DNA of 32,000 nucleotides, from positions 2,280,001 through 2,312,000 of the forward strand of contig NZ_CP047931.1 in the NCBI RefSeq assembly GCF_014280175.1, written 5' to 3'. This DNA comes from Synechococcus sp. A15-28. Lineage in GTDB: Bacteria > Cyanobacteriota > Cyanobacteriia > PCC-6307 > Cyanobiaceae. Shown piece by piece: positions 24,262 to 32,000 of the stretch. Below the pieces are notes generated by a model. That model did no database searches. It was not told the origin of the DNA and saw nothing but the letters and a program-made list of their open reading frames with translations. The position numbers and the translations under genes are program-made. Every line of letters begins with the position of its first letter. The stretch's first letter is position 1.

Positions 24262-26400
24262 ATGAGCTCCGCCGTTCTGAGCCCGGACCGCTACATCAAC
24301 CGGGAACTGAGCTGGATCGCCTTCAACCAGAGAGTCCTCGCCCAAGCGCTGGATCAGCGCACCCCCCTGCTGGACCAGGCCAAGTTCAGCGCCATCTTCA
24401 GCAACAACCTTGATGAGTTCTTCATGGTGCGCGTGGCGTCCCTGAAGTCTCAAGTGGAAGCTGGCATCACCACCCCCAGCGAAGACGGAAAGACGCCGCT
24501 CGAACAGCTGCTGACCATTCGCGAACGGCTGATACCCCTGCTGCAGCAACAGCAGGACCACTACCGCAAACAACTGCGCAAACAACTGCTCGACCACAAC
24601 GTTGAACTGCTGGATTACAGCCAGTTGAACAAGCAACAACAGCAATGGGTCAGCGACACCTTCCGCCATTCGGTGTTTCCAGTGCTGACGCCACTGGCCG
24701 TTGACCCGGCACATCCCTTCCCTTTCGTCAGCAACCTCAGCCTCAACGTTGCCGCTGTCATTCACGACCCGGAATCAGGCCAACGTCAATTCGCACGGGT
24801 GAAGGTTCCCCAGAAAAACCTGCCCCGCTTCGTCTCCATTCCCACCGAGCTGAGTGAGAGCGATCCCAAACCGATCCACACCGCCGTACCGCTCGAACAG
24901 GTGATCGCCTTCAACCTCGATCTCCTCTTTCCGGGGATGAGCGTGCAGGGGCATTACTTCTTCCGCGTGACGCGCGATGCCGACCTGGAACTGCGGGATC
25001 TCGAAGCCGATGACCTGATGCTTGCCCTTGAGCAGGGTCTACGCAAACGGCGGATGGGAGGCGAAGTGGTGCGACTCGAGGTGCCCAACGATATGCCCGA
25101 GGACGTCGTTGAAATGTTGATGAATGGCCTCGCCGTTGAGGAAGAAGACCTTTACAGGATTGATGGACCCCTGGGTCTGGATGACCTCTTCGGATTGATG
25201 GCTCTACCTCTGCCAAAACTGAAGGACAAACAGCACGGCGGACAGACGCCAGCGGTGCTGGCCAGAACCCAACAGCATCTGATAGACGAAGGTGCCATCA
25301 AACCCGAGGAATTCGAAAACATCTTCTCGGTGATGCGCCAACAAGACATTCTCTTGCATCACCCCTATGACCTGTTCTCCACCACGGTGGAGGAATTCAT
25401 CAACCAGGCCGCTGATGATCCCCAGGTGATGGGGATCAAGATGACCCTGTATCGAACCTCGAAGGATTCACCGATCATCGCGGCACTCATCCGTGCCGCT
25501 GAAAATGGCAAGCAGGTGATGGCTCTTGTGGAACTCAAGGCCAGATTTGATGAAGACAACAACATCCAGTGGGCCCGACAACTGGAACGCTCCGGCGTCC
25601 ATGTGGTGTATGGCGTTCTGGGCTTAAAAACCCACACCAAAATCGTTCTGGTGGTCCGCAAAGAGCAAGAAAAGCTACGCAGTTACGTCCACATCGGGAC
25701 CGGGAATTACAACTCAAAGACCTCGAAGCTCTACACCGATCTCGGGCTTCTCTCCACGCGGCCGGAACTGGGCCAAGACCTGGTGGAACTGTTCAACTAC
25801 CTAACCGGATTCTCAAAGCAGCAGAGTTTCCGCCGACTGCTGGTGGCTCCGGTGACCCTGCGCAAAGGGATGGAATCCCTGATCCGGCGTGAAATCGAAC
25901 ATGCCAGGGAAGGTCGGGAAGGTCACATCAGAGCCAAGATGAATTCCTTGGTGGATCCGGACATCATCGCGTTGTTGTACGAAGCTGCAGCAGCGAATGT
26001 GCGGGTTGAACTGATCATCCGGGGCATGTGCAGCCTCTACCCAGGCCGAGAAGGACTGAGTGAAAGCATCAGCGTTGTGAGCATCATCGGCCAGTTCCTC
26101 GAACACTCGCGCATTTTCTGGTTCGGAAACGGTGGCTCACCTGAGGTGTACATCGGAAGCGCAGACTGGATGAGTCGCAACCTTGATCGCCGGGTGGAAG
26201 CTGTGACACCCGTGGAAGATGCCAACCTTCGAGGCCGACTGGAGCGCTTGCTGGAGCTCTACCTGAAGGACAACCGGGGCGCCTGGGACATGCAAAGCGA
26301 TGGCAGCTTTATCCAACGGCAACCAGAGGACGGAGGGGACGTTCGCAACTCTCAAGTTCAACTGATCAAGCAATGGAGCCAAGGCGTGCCGCAATCGTGA
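24262..26400 (+). CDS. ppk: polyphosphate kinase 1
   Basis: 712 aa with the N-terminal RYINRELSWIAFNQRVL hallmark. The conserved PPK1 blocks FFRVTRDADL, LHHPYDLF, KMTLYRTS, VELKARFDE.NNI.WA and HTKIVLVVR are present. Confidence 0.95.
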   Translation: MSSAVLSPDRYINRELSWIAFNQRVLAQALDQRTPLLDQAKFSAIFSNNLDEFFMVRVASLKSQVEAGITTPSEDGKTPLEQLLTIRERLIPLLQQQQDHYRKQLRKQLLDHNVELLDYSQLNKQQQQWVSDTFRHSVFPVLTPLAVDPAHPFPFVSNLSLNVAAVIHDPESGQRQFARVKVPQKNLPRFVSIPTELSESDPKPIHTAVPLEQVIAFNLDLLFPGMSVQGHYFFRVTRDADLELRDLEADDLMLALEQGLRKRRMGGEVVRLEVPNDMPEDVVEMLMNGLAVEEEDLYRIDGPLGLDDLFGLMALPLPKLKDKQHGGQTPAVLARTQQHLIDEGAIKPEEFENIFSVMRQQDILLHHPYDLFSTTVEEFINQAADDPQVMGIKMTLYRTSKDSPIIAALIRAAENGKQVMALVELKARFDEDNNIQWARQLERSGVHVVYGVLGLKTHTKIVLVVRKEQEKLRSYVHIGTGNYNSKTSKLYTDLGLLSTRPELGQDLVELFNYLTGFSKQQSFRRLLVAPVTLRKGMESLIRREIEHAREGREGHIRAKMNSLVDPDIIALLYEAAAANVRVELIIRGMCSLYPGREGLSESISVVSIIGQFLEHSRIFWFGNGGSPEVYIGSADWMSRNLDRRVEAVTPVEDANLRGRLERLLELYLKDNRGAWDMQSDGSFIQRQPEDGGDVRNSQVQLIKQWSQGVPQS

Positions 26401-26598
26401 TCTTTTGAGATGAAGTTGCGTCAAATATCCGTGATGACTGATACGAAATCGTTGTAATCAAGCCGAAGCCGTTCAACGCACTCCCGGCACACACGGGTGT
26501 CGTAAACCACATCAGGGGCTCCCGAAAGTCTTCGGATTCACAACAGTCAAATCAGAAGGTGAGTGCTAAATTCACATTAAATTCATCAGGAGACCAGG

Positions 26599-27588
26599 GT
26601 GATGGGGATCCCTCTGGACTCTTCCGGATCGACTGCAAAGTCTTCCCGGAAGTCACCTGCCTTGCCATCCACAGGACGGCGGGCATCTTCACGTCAAGGC
26701 GGCCGTCTGGCCACCGATTCCATCGGTTTTTATCTCAGCAGTATCGGTCGCATTCCTCTGCTAACAGCCGCTGAGGAGATTGAGCTGGCTCACCACGTTC
26801 AGGAGATGAAGCAACTTCAGGAACTCCCTGAAGAAGAGCTCACCTCCCGTCATCGTCACAAAATCCGCATGGGCAAACGTGCCCGGGATCGGATGATGGC
26901 CGCCAACCTCCGCCTTGTGGTCAGCGTCGCCAAGAAGTACCAGAACCAGGGGCTGGAACTGCTGGATCTGGTTCAGGAGGGAGCGATCGGACTCGAACGG
27001 GCCGTCGATAAGTTCGACCCGGCCATGGGATATAAGTTCTCCACCTACGCCTACTGGTGGATCCGCCAGGGGATGACCCGCGCGATCGACAACAGCGCCC
27101 GCACCATCCGGCTGCCGATTCACATCAGCGAAAAGCTCTCCAAGATGCGGCGCATCTCGCGGGAGTTGTCCCATCGGTTCGGACGTCAACCGAATCGACT
27201 GGAAGTGGCCAGTGCCATGGGCATTGAGCCGCGCGAGCTGGAGGATCTGATCTCCCAGAGCGCTCCCTGTGCATCGCTCGATGCCCATGCCCGCGGCGAG
27301 GAAGACCGCAGCACCCTGGGTGAGCTGATTCCAGACCCCAACGGCGAGGAGCCGATGGAAGGCATGGACCGCAGCATCCAAAAAGAGCATCTCGGTGGTT
27401 GGCTGTCCCAGCTCAATGAGCGGGAACAGAAGATCCTGCGGCTTCGCTTCGGTCTTGGCGGTGAAGAGCCGCTGACCCTTGCGGAGATCGGGCGTCAGAT
27501 CAATGTGTCCCGCGAGCGGGTTCGTCAGCTGGAAGCCAAAGCCATCCTCAAGCTGCGCTCGATGACCGATCATCAGCAGGCCGCCTGA
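26599..27588 (+). CDS. RNA polymerase sigma factor, sigma-70 family (group 2 type)
   Basis: Region 1.2 is DSIGFYLSSIGRIPLLTAAEE, region 2 is NLRLVVSVAKKY...GLELLDLVQEGAIGLERAVDKFDP..GYKFSTYAYWWIRQ, and region 4.2 is TLAEIGRQINVSRERVRQLEAKAILKLR. The start is GTG 26599 or ATG 26602, preceded by AGGAG at 26589-26593. Confidence 0.9.
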   Translation: MMGIPLDSSGSTAKSSRKSPALPSTGRRASSRQGGRLATDSIGFYLSSIGRIPLLTAAEEIELAHHVQEMKQLQELPEEELTSRHRHKIRMGKRARDRMMAANLRLVVSVAKKYQNQGLELLDLVQEGAIGLERAVDKFDPAMGYKFSTYAYWWIRQGMTRAIDNSARTIRLPIHISEKLSKMRRISRELSHRFGRQPNRLEVASAMGIEPRELEDLISQSAPCASLDAHARGEEDRSTLGELIPDPNGEEPMEGMDRSIQKEHLGGWLSQLNEREQKILRLRFGLGGEEPLTLAEIGRQINVSRERVRQLEAKAILKLRSMTDHQQAA

Positions 27589-27605
27589 TCCAAGCCTCCA
27601 GTCCG

Positions 27606-28256
27606 GTGGTGCATCTGATCGGACCCATCGCCATTGGTCTCTGGCTCGGGATCGTGGTGCTGATCGCCGTGCTGACTCGTCAGCGCTGGCCCGATCAGCA
27701 GGAGTTGTCTCGCAAAATCATCCACATCGGCACAGGAGCCGTGGTTCCGCTGGCCTGGTTCTTCGCCGTCCCGGCCTGGATCGCCGTTCCCTTTGCCGTA
27801 TTGGTGACCCTGGCAACGGCGATCAACCACCGATGGCGCATCGTTCCGGCCGTTGAGGATGTCGATCGCAACAGCTACGGCACTGTTGCCTACGGCCTGG
27901 CGATCACCATGTTGCTGATTCTGTGCTGGCCCGCCCGAGCCGATGCAGTCTGCGCCGGTGTTCTGGTGATGGCTCTCGGCGATGGACTGGCTGGCCTCAT
28001 CGGCCGATCGGTGAACTCAGCGCGGTGGACCGTGCTGGGACAGACGAAGTCCGTCGCTGGCACGTTGACCATGGCCCTGGTCTCAACACTGGTGCTGGTC
28101 GGATTGATGCTGGTCAACGGCAACGCCATCGCCTGGAGAGTTGCCATAGGCATCAGTGCGTTGGCCACGGCCCTGGAACAAGTCAGTCCCGCGGGGGTGG
28201 ACAACCTCAGCGTGCCGCTGCTGGTGGGCCTGACCTGGGTGTTGCTGATCAGCTGA
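27606..28256 (+). CDS. phytol kinase / dolichol-kinase-like CTP-dependent membrane kinase (putative)
   Basis: 216 aa, polytopic, with a GTG start. SRKIIHIGTG and LGDGLAGLIG resemble the VTE5/phosphatidate-cytidylyltransferase superfamily. Confidence 0.55.
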   Translation: MVHLIGPIAIGLWLGIVVLIAVLTRQRWPDQQELSRKIIHIGTGAVVPLAWFFAVPAWIAVPFAVLVTLATAINHRWRIVPAVEDVDRNSYGTVAYGLAITMLLILCWPARADAVCAGVLVMALGDGLAGLIGRSVNSARWTVLGQTKSVAGTLTMALVSTLVLVGLMLVNGNAIAWRVAIGISALATALEQVSPAGVDNLSVPLLVGLTWVLLIS

Positions 28257-28275
28257 CCCGCAGCATGGCGTTCCA

Positions 28276-28653
28276 ATGACCCTGCCAATCGCCACGACTT
28301 CCGAGCCCGGCGACGAGTTCAATGTCAGCAGGGTGATGGGTGAGTTGCTTCTGCCATCCACGGATCTGGTCCTCCTGCACCATCCAGCGGTTAATCACCA
28401 TCTGCTGCAGTGGCTCGATGTCCCAATGCTGGTGACGTGCAACCCGCTGGGACCAACCCAGGAGTTCATCCAGCAGGAGGGGTCGAAAGCCTTCCACATG
28501 AAGACCGGTGCGTTGCTCCAGAGAAAACCGACACAGCGGATCTCCGAAGCCGAAGAAGTGAAGGTGAATCAACATCGTCTCCGTCTTGATCAAAACCTAC
28601 GGAGAAGTGATGGAAAATCTGTTCAACATGATCGGTTGATGCTGAACAGTTAG
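28276..28653 (+). CDS. hypothetical protein (strand assignment uncertain)
   Basis: Two mutually antisense ORFs share one codon phase here. By hand, the + ORF has a higher third-position GC (about 78% over the first ~85 codons) than the - ORF (about 65%). It also ends 20 nt before a hairpin shared with convergent aroG. I recognise no family. Confidence 0.35.
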   Translation: MTLPIATTSEPGDEFNVSRVMGELLLPSTDLVLLHHPAVNHHLLQWLDVPMLVTCNPLGPTQEFIQQEGSKAFHMKTGALLQRKPTQRISEAEEVKVNQHRLRLDQNLRRSDGKSVQHDRLMLNS

Positions 28654-28673
28654 TAAGCGCAAAAGGAGAGCCT

Positions 28674-28704
28674 GATTAGCACTCAGGCACTTGGAGTGCT
28701 AATC
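28674..28704. terminator. 11-bp perfect-stem hairpin between convergent genes
   Basis: GATTAGCACTC-aggcacttg-GAGTGCTAATC. It lies 12 nt downstream of the aroG stop on the minus strand. A TTTT run follows 9 nt after the stem on the minus strand, and there is no U-tract on the plus strand. Confidence 0.5.
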
Positions 28705-28715
28705 GATGATGAACG

Positions 28716-29783
28716 TTATGCCGTCACAACGCTGCTGCGATCGGCCACGGCTCTAGCCAGCTCGGACAGCAGCGCATCCGTGGTCTCCAGGCTGATGCAG
28801 GCATCCGTAATGCTCTGGCCATAGGTGAGCTGGGAGAGATCAGCGGTGAGTTTCTGATTGCCTTCCACCAGATGACTTTCGATCATCACGCCCATCACAT
28901 GGCCGGATCCAGCCTTCAACTGATCAGCCACCGTGGCGAGTACATCGGCCTGGCGGCGGAAATCCTTGTTCGAGTTGGCATGGCTGCAGTCCACCATCAG
29001 ACGATCCTTCAGGCCCGCCTTGCTCAGTTCCGCTGCAGCAGCCTGAACGGCCTCCAGGTGGTAGTTGCTGCCCTGATGACCGCCACGCAGCACCAGATGA
29101 CCATCCGGGTTGCCGGTCGTGCTCACGATCGAAGCATGGCCGTCGCGGTTGATTCCCAGAAAATGATGAGGTTTCGATGCCGCCTGCATCGCATTGATGG
29201 CGATAGTGGCGCTGCCGTCAGTGCTGTTCTTGTAGCCGATCGGCATCGACAAGCCTGAAGCCATCTCCCGATGGGTCTGGCTTTCCGTGGTGCGGGCTCC
29301 GATCGCAGTCCAGCTGATCAGATCAGCGATGTACTGGGGAACCACCGGATCCAGCAGTTCCGTCGCTGCCGGCATACCCTCCCGGGCCAGGTCCAGCAGT
29401 AAGCCACGAGCCCGCCTCAGGCCTGTGTTGATGTCGTACGAGCCATCGAGGTGGGGGTCATTGATTAGGCCTTTCCAACCAACCGTCGTACGCGGCTTTT
29501 CGAAATAAACCCGCATCACCACCTCCAGCTGATCCTTCAGCCGTTCCCGGATCGGGGCCAGCCGTTCGGCGTACTCCCGCGCCGCCTTCACATCATGGAC
29601 CGAGCAGGGGCCCACCACCACCAGCAGACGCCGATCCTCGCCGCGCAAAATGGCCTGGATCCGTCGACGGGCCGATGCGACCGTCTCCATGGCGGCGGCA
29701 TCAATCGGCAGATCTCCGTGCAGCAGAGCCGGAGCCACCAGCGGACGGGTCTCCACCACATGCAAATCCGAGGTGGTGGCCAT
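28716..29783 (-). CDS. aroG: 3-deoxy-7-phosphoheptulonate (DAHP) synthase, class I
   Basis: Class-I DAHPS blocks are present: [52 protein letters not shown] prefer the ATG at 29783 (MATTSDLH...) over the TTG at 29807. Confidence 0.9.
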   Translation of the reverse strand: MATTSDLHVVETRPLVAPALLHGDLPIDAAAMETVASARRRIQAILRGEDRRLLVVVGPCSVHDVKAAREYAERLAPIRERLKDQLEVVMRVYFEKPRTTVGWKGLINDPHLDGSYDINTGLRRARGLLLDLAREGMPAATELLDPVVPQYIADLISWTAIGARTTESQTHREMASGLSMPIGYKNSTDGSATIAINAMQAASKPHHFLGINRDGHASIVSTTGNPDGHLVLRGGHQGSNYHLEAVQAAAAELSKAGLKDRLMVDCSHANSNKDFRRQADVLATVADQLKAGSGHVMGVMIESHLVEGNQKLTADLSQLTYGQSITDACISLETTDALLSELARAVADRSSVVTA

Positions 29784-29879
29784 GACCGCGCGCGTGAAAC
29801 GGACCAAGGCTACGCATCCTGCTCACTGGCAACAGACCCTGTCCGGAAGAATGGTGCTCTGCCCCGCACATTCCTCACC

Positions 29880-32000
29880 ATGCTGAGCGCGTATCGCGAG
29901 CTGGCCGCCGACCGCGAAGCCCAAGGCATCCCGGCCCTGCCGCTGACAGCTGAGCAGACCCAGGCCCTGACCGAACTGCTGCAACAGCCACCCGCAGGGG
30001 AGGACGAAGCCCTGTTGCATCTCCTCAGTGAGCGCATTCCACCCGGCGTTGACGAAGCCACCTATGTGAAAGCCACCTGGCTCAGCGCCGTCGCCCAAGG
30101 GCAAGCAACAAGCTCCCTGGTGACACCCCTAGAGGCCACTCGCCTGCTCGGAACCATGGTGGGTGGGTACAACGTGGCAGCTCTGATTGAGCTGCTTCAG
30201 CACAGCGACGAGCAGCTGGCCAGCTGCGCGGCTGAAGGCCTCAGCCGCACCCTGCTGGTTTACGACGCCTTCAATGACGTGATGGAGCTGGCGGCGAGCA
30301 ATCGCTTCGCCAGGCAGGTGGTGGACAGCTGGGCGGCGGCCGAATGGTTCACCCGCCGTGAGCCCCTGGCCGAAATGATCACGGTGACCGTGTTCAAGGT
30401 GGAAGGGGAAACCAACACCGACGACCTCTCACCCGCCACCCACGCCACTACCCGACCGGACATTCCCCTGCACGCCCTGGCGATGCTCGAGACACGGGAT
30501 CCCGAGGGTCTGAAAAAGATCGCAACCCTCAAACAAAAGGGTCATCCCGTGGCCTACATGGGCGACGTGGTGGGCACCGGCAGCTCCAGGAAAAGTGCGA
30601 TCAACTCCGTGCTTTGGCACACCGGCAACGACATTCCCCACGTCCCCAACAAACGCGGCGGCGGCGTGATTCTCGGCGGCAAGATCGCGCCGATCTTTTT
30701 CAACACCGCCGAAGACTCCGGCGCTCTGCCGATCGAATGCGATGTCACCATGCTGAACACCGGTGATGTGATCACCATCCGCCCCCATTCCGGCACGATC
30801 GAACGCGAAGGCGAGGTGGTGAGCCGATTCGAACTCAAGCCCAGCACCATCAGCGATGAGGTGCGAGCCGGCGGCCGCATTCCCTTGATGATCGGCCGGG
30901 CCCTCACGGACAAGGTCCGAGCGCAGCTGGGTCTCGCCCCTTCGGACGCCTTCATCCGCCCCTCGGCACCAGCAGACACCGGCAAGGGCTTCACCCTGGC
31001 CCAGAAAATGGTGGGCAAGGCCTGTGGCCTGCCGGGCGTTCGCCCCGGCACCAGCTGCGAGCCACTGATGACCACCGTCGGCTCCCAGGACACCACGGGA
31101 CCGATGACCCGGGATGAGATGAAGGAGTTGGCCTGTCTCGGCTTCTCCTCCGACCTGGTGATGCAGAGCTTCTGCCACACCGCGGCTTATCCGAAACCAG
31201 TGGATCTGCAGACCCAGAAAGATCTGCCGGACTTCTTTGCCCAGCGCGGCGGTGTTGCCCTTCGCCCGGGCGACGGGATCATCCACAGCTGGCTGAACCG
31301 CATGCTCCTGCCCGACAGCGTGGGCACGGGTGGGGACAGCCACACCCGCTTCCCCCTCGGCATTTCCTTCCCCGCCGGTTCCGGCCTGGTGGCCTTCGCT
31401 GCTGCCATCGGTGCGATGCCCCTGGACATGCCCGAGTCGGTGCTGGTGCGCTTCAGCGGTTCGCTGCAGCCCGGTGTGACCCTGCGGGACGTGGTGAACG
31501 CCATTCCCTGGGTGGCCATTCAGAAGGGCCTGCTCACCGTGGAGAAGGCCAACAAGAAGAACATCTTCAACGGCCGGATCATGGAGATCGAAGGTCTGCC
31601 GGATCTCAAGCTGGAGCAGGCCTTCGAACTCACCGATGCCACAGCCGAACGCTCCTGCGCCGGCTGCACGATCAAGCTCTCGGAAGCAACCGTGAGCGAA
31701 TACCTGCGCAGCAATGTGGCCCTGCTGAAAAACATGATCGCAAGGGGCTACAGCGATGCCAAAACCCTGGCTCGGCGGATCAAGGCTATGGAGGCCTGGC
31801 TGGCCAATCCGCAGCTGCTGAGCGCTGATCCGGATGCTCAATATGCCGAAGTCCTGGAGATCAACCTCGACGAGCTCACCGAACCGGTGCTGGCCTGTCC
31901 CAACGATCCCGACAACGTGAAACTGCTGAGTGAGGTCGCCGGCGATCCCGTTCAGGAGGTGTTCATCGGCTCCTGCATGACCAACATCGGCCACTACCGC
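29880..32000 (+). CDS. acnB: aconitate hydratase B / 2-methylisocitrate dehydratase, N-terminal 707 codons (3' end outside the window)
   Basis: I translated this from the sequence because the ORF is open to the window end and is absent from the track: [65 protein letters not shown]... This matches the AcnB N-terminal HEAT-like domain. Later GSCMTNIGH-type aconitase motifs appear at the window end. Confidence 0.9.
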   Translation, partial: MLSAYRELAADREAQGIPALPLTAEQTQALTELLQQPPAGEDEALLHLLSERIPPGVDEATYVKATWLSAVAQGQATSSLVTPLEATRLLGTMVGGYNVAALIELLQHSDEQLASCAAEGLSRTLLVYDAFNDVMELAASNRFARQVVDSWAAAEWFTRREPLAEMITVTVFKVEGETNTDDLSPATHATTRPDIPLHALAMLETRDPEGLKKIATLKQKGHPVAYMGDVVGTGSSRKSAINSVLWHTGNDIPHVPNKRGGGVILGGKIAPIFFNTAEDSGALPIECDVTMLNTGDVITIRPHSGTIEREGEVVSRFELKPSTISDEVRAGGRIPLMIGRALTDKVRAQLGLAPSDAFIRPSAPADTGKGFTLAQKMVGKACGLPGVRPGTSCEPLMTTVGSQDTTGPMTRDEMKELACLGFSSDLVMQSFCHTAAYPKPVDLQTQKDLPDFFAQRGGVALRPGDGIIHSWLNRMLLPDSVGTGGDSHTRFPLGISFPAGSGLVAFAAAIGAMPLDMPESVLVRFSGSLQPGVTLRDVVNAIPWVAIQKGLLTVEKANKKNIFNGRIMEIEGLPDLKLEQAFELTDATAERSCAGCTIKLSEATVSEYLRSNVALLKNMIARGYSDAKTLARRIKAMEAWLANPQLLSADPDAQYAEVLEINLDELTEPVLACPNDPDNVKLLSEVAGDPVQEVFIGSCMTNIGHYR

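Noticed and set aside
28249-28593. 114-aa minus-strand ORF downstream of aroG
   Set aside because: It shares a codon phase with the + strand ORF 28276-28653, has lower third-position GC by hand count, and is separated from aroG by a strong hairpin. I kept it only as the less likely alternative, and this is not a firm rejection.
30429-31994. 521-aa ORF on the minus strand
   Set aside because: It is fully antisense to the clearly recognisable acnB reading frame. Its product is low-complexity and Gly/Ala/His-rich. Long spurious antisense ORFs are expected in DNA of 60-70% GC.
1-32000. Search for CRISPR arrays, rRNA/tRNA genes, transposases, integrases, toxin-antitoxin pairs and recognisable defence systems
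   Set aside because: I saw no spaced repeat arrays, no tRNA-like or rRNA-like stretches, and no ORFs with recombinase, nuclease or defence hallmarks. The only tandem repeat is the 3 x 16-bp array at 21106-21153.

Overview
The window looks like a high-GC marine-picocyanobacterial (Synechococcus-like) chromosome segment interrupted at about 6.35-21.16 kb by a ~14.8 kb low-GC block. My hand counts on single 60-nt lines give 44/60 G+C at 1501-1560 and 40/60 at 23281-23340. Inside the block they give 20/60 at 7141-7200, 19/60 at 13021-13080 and 25/60 at 20101-20160. Left flank: a partial beta-carbonic-anhydrase-like gene, molybdenum-cofactor genes (moaC, moeA, moaE, moaD, moaB), a conserved hypothetical, an SDR, and siroheme genes (cobA plus a CbiX-like chelatase). 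Low-GC block: nirA; an alpha/beta hydrolase whose His-bearing tail is out of frame; znuABC divergent from a COG0523 GTPase that is translationally coupled to a WD40 propeller; an orphan ORF; and a cynABD-type ABC transporter behind an NtcA-type promoter. Its CynA carries a ~155-aa extension ahead of the twin-arginine motif. The block continues with a TatA-like gene, a 670-bp AT-rich spacer holding a 52-codon sORF, a HEAT-like protein, and cynS. Right flank: a perfect 3 x 16-bp tandem repeat at the junction, a TrpD2-like gene preceded by an NtcA box, GNAT, MFS, ppk, a group-2 sigma factor, a phytol-kinase-like protein, DAHP synthase and partial acnB. I saw no integrase, transposase, tRNA, rRNA or CRISPR array. 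The gene order resembles my unverified recollection of nitrogen-assimilation regions in marine Synechococcus. All family calls come from motif recognition by eye, not from searches.
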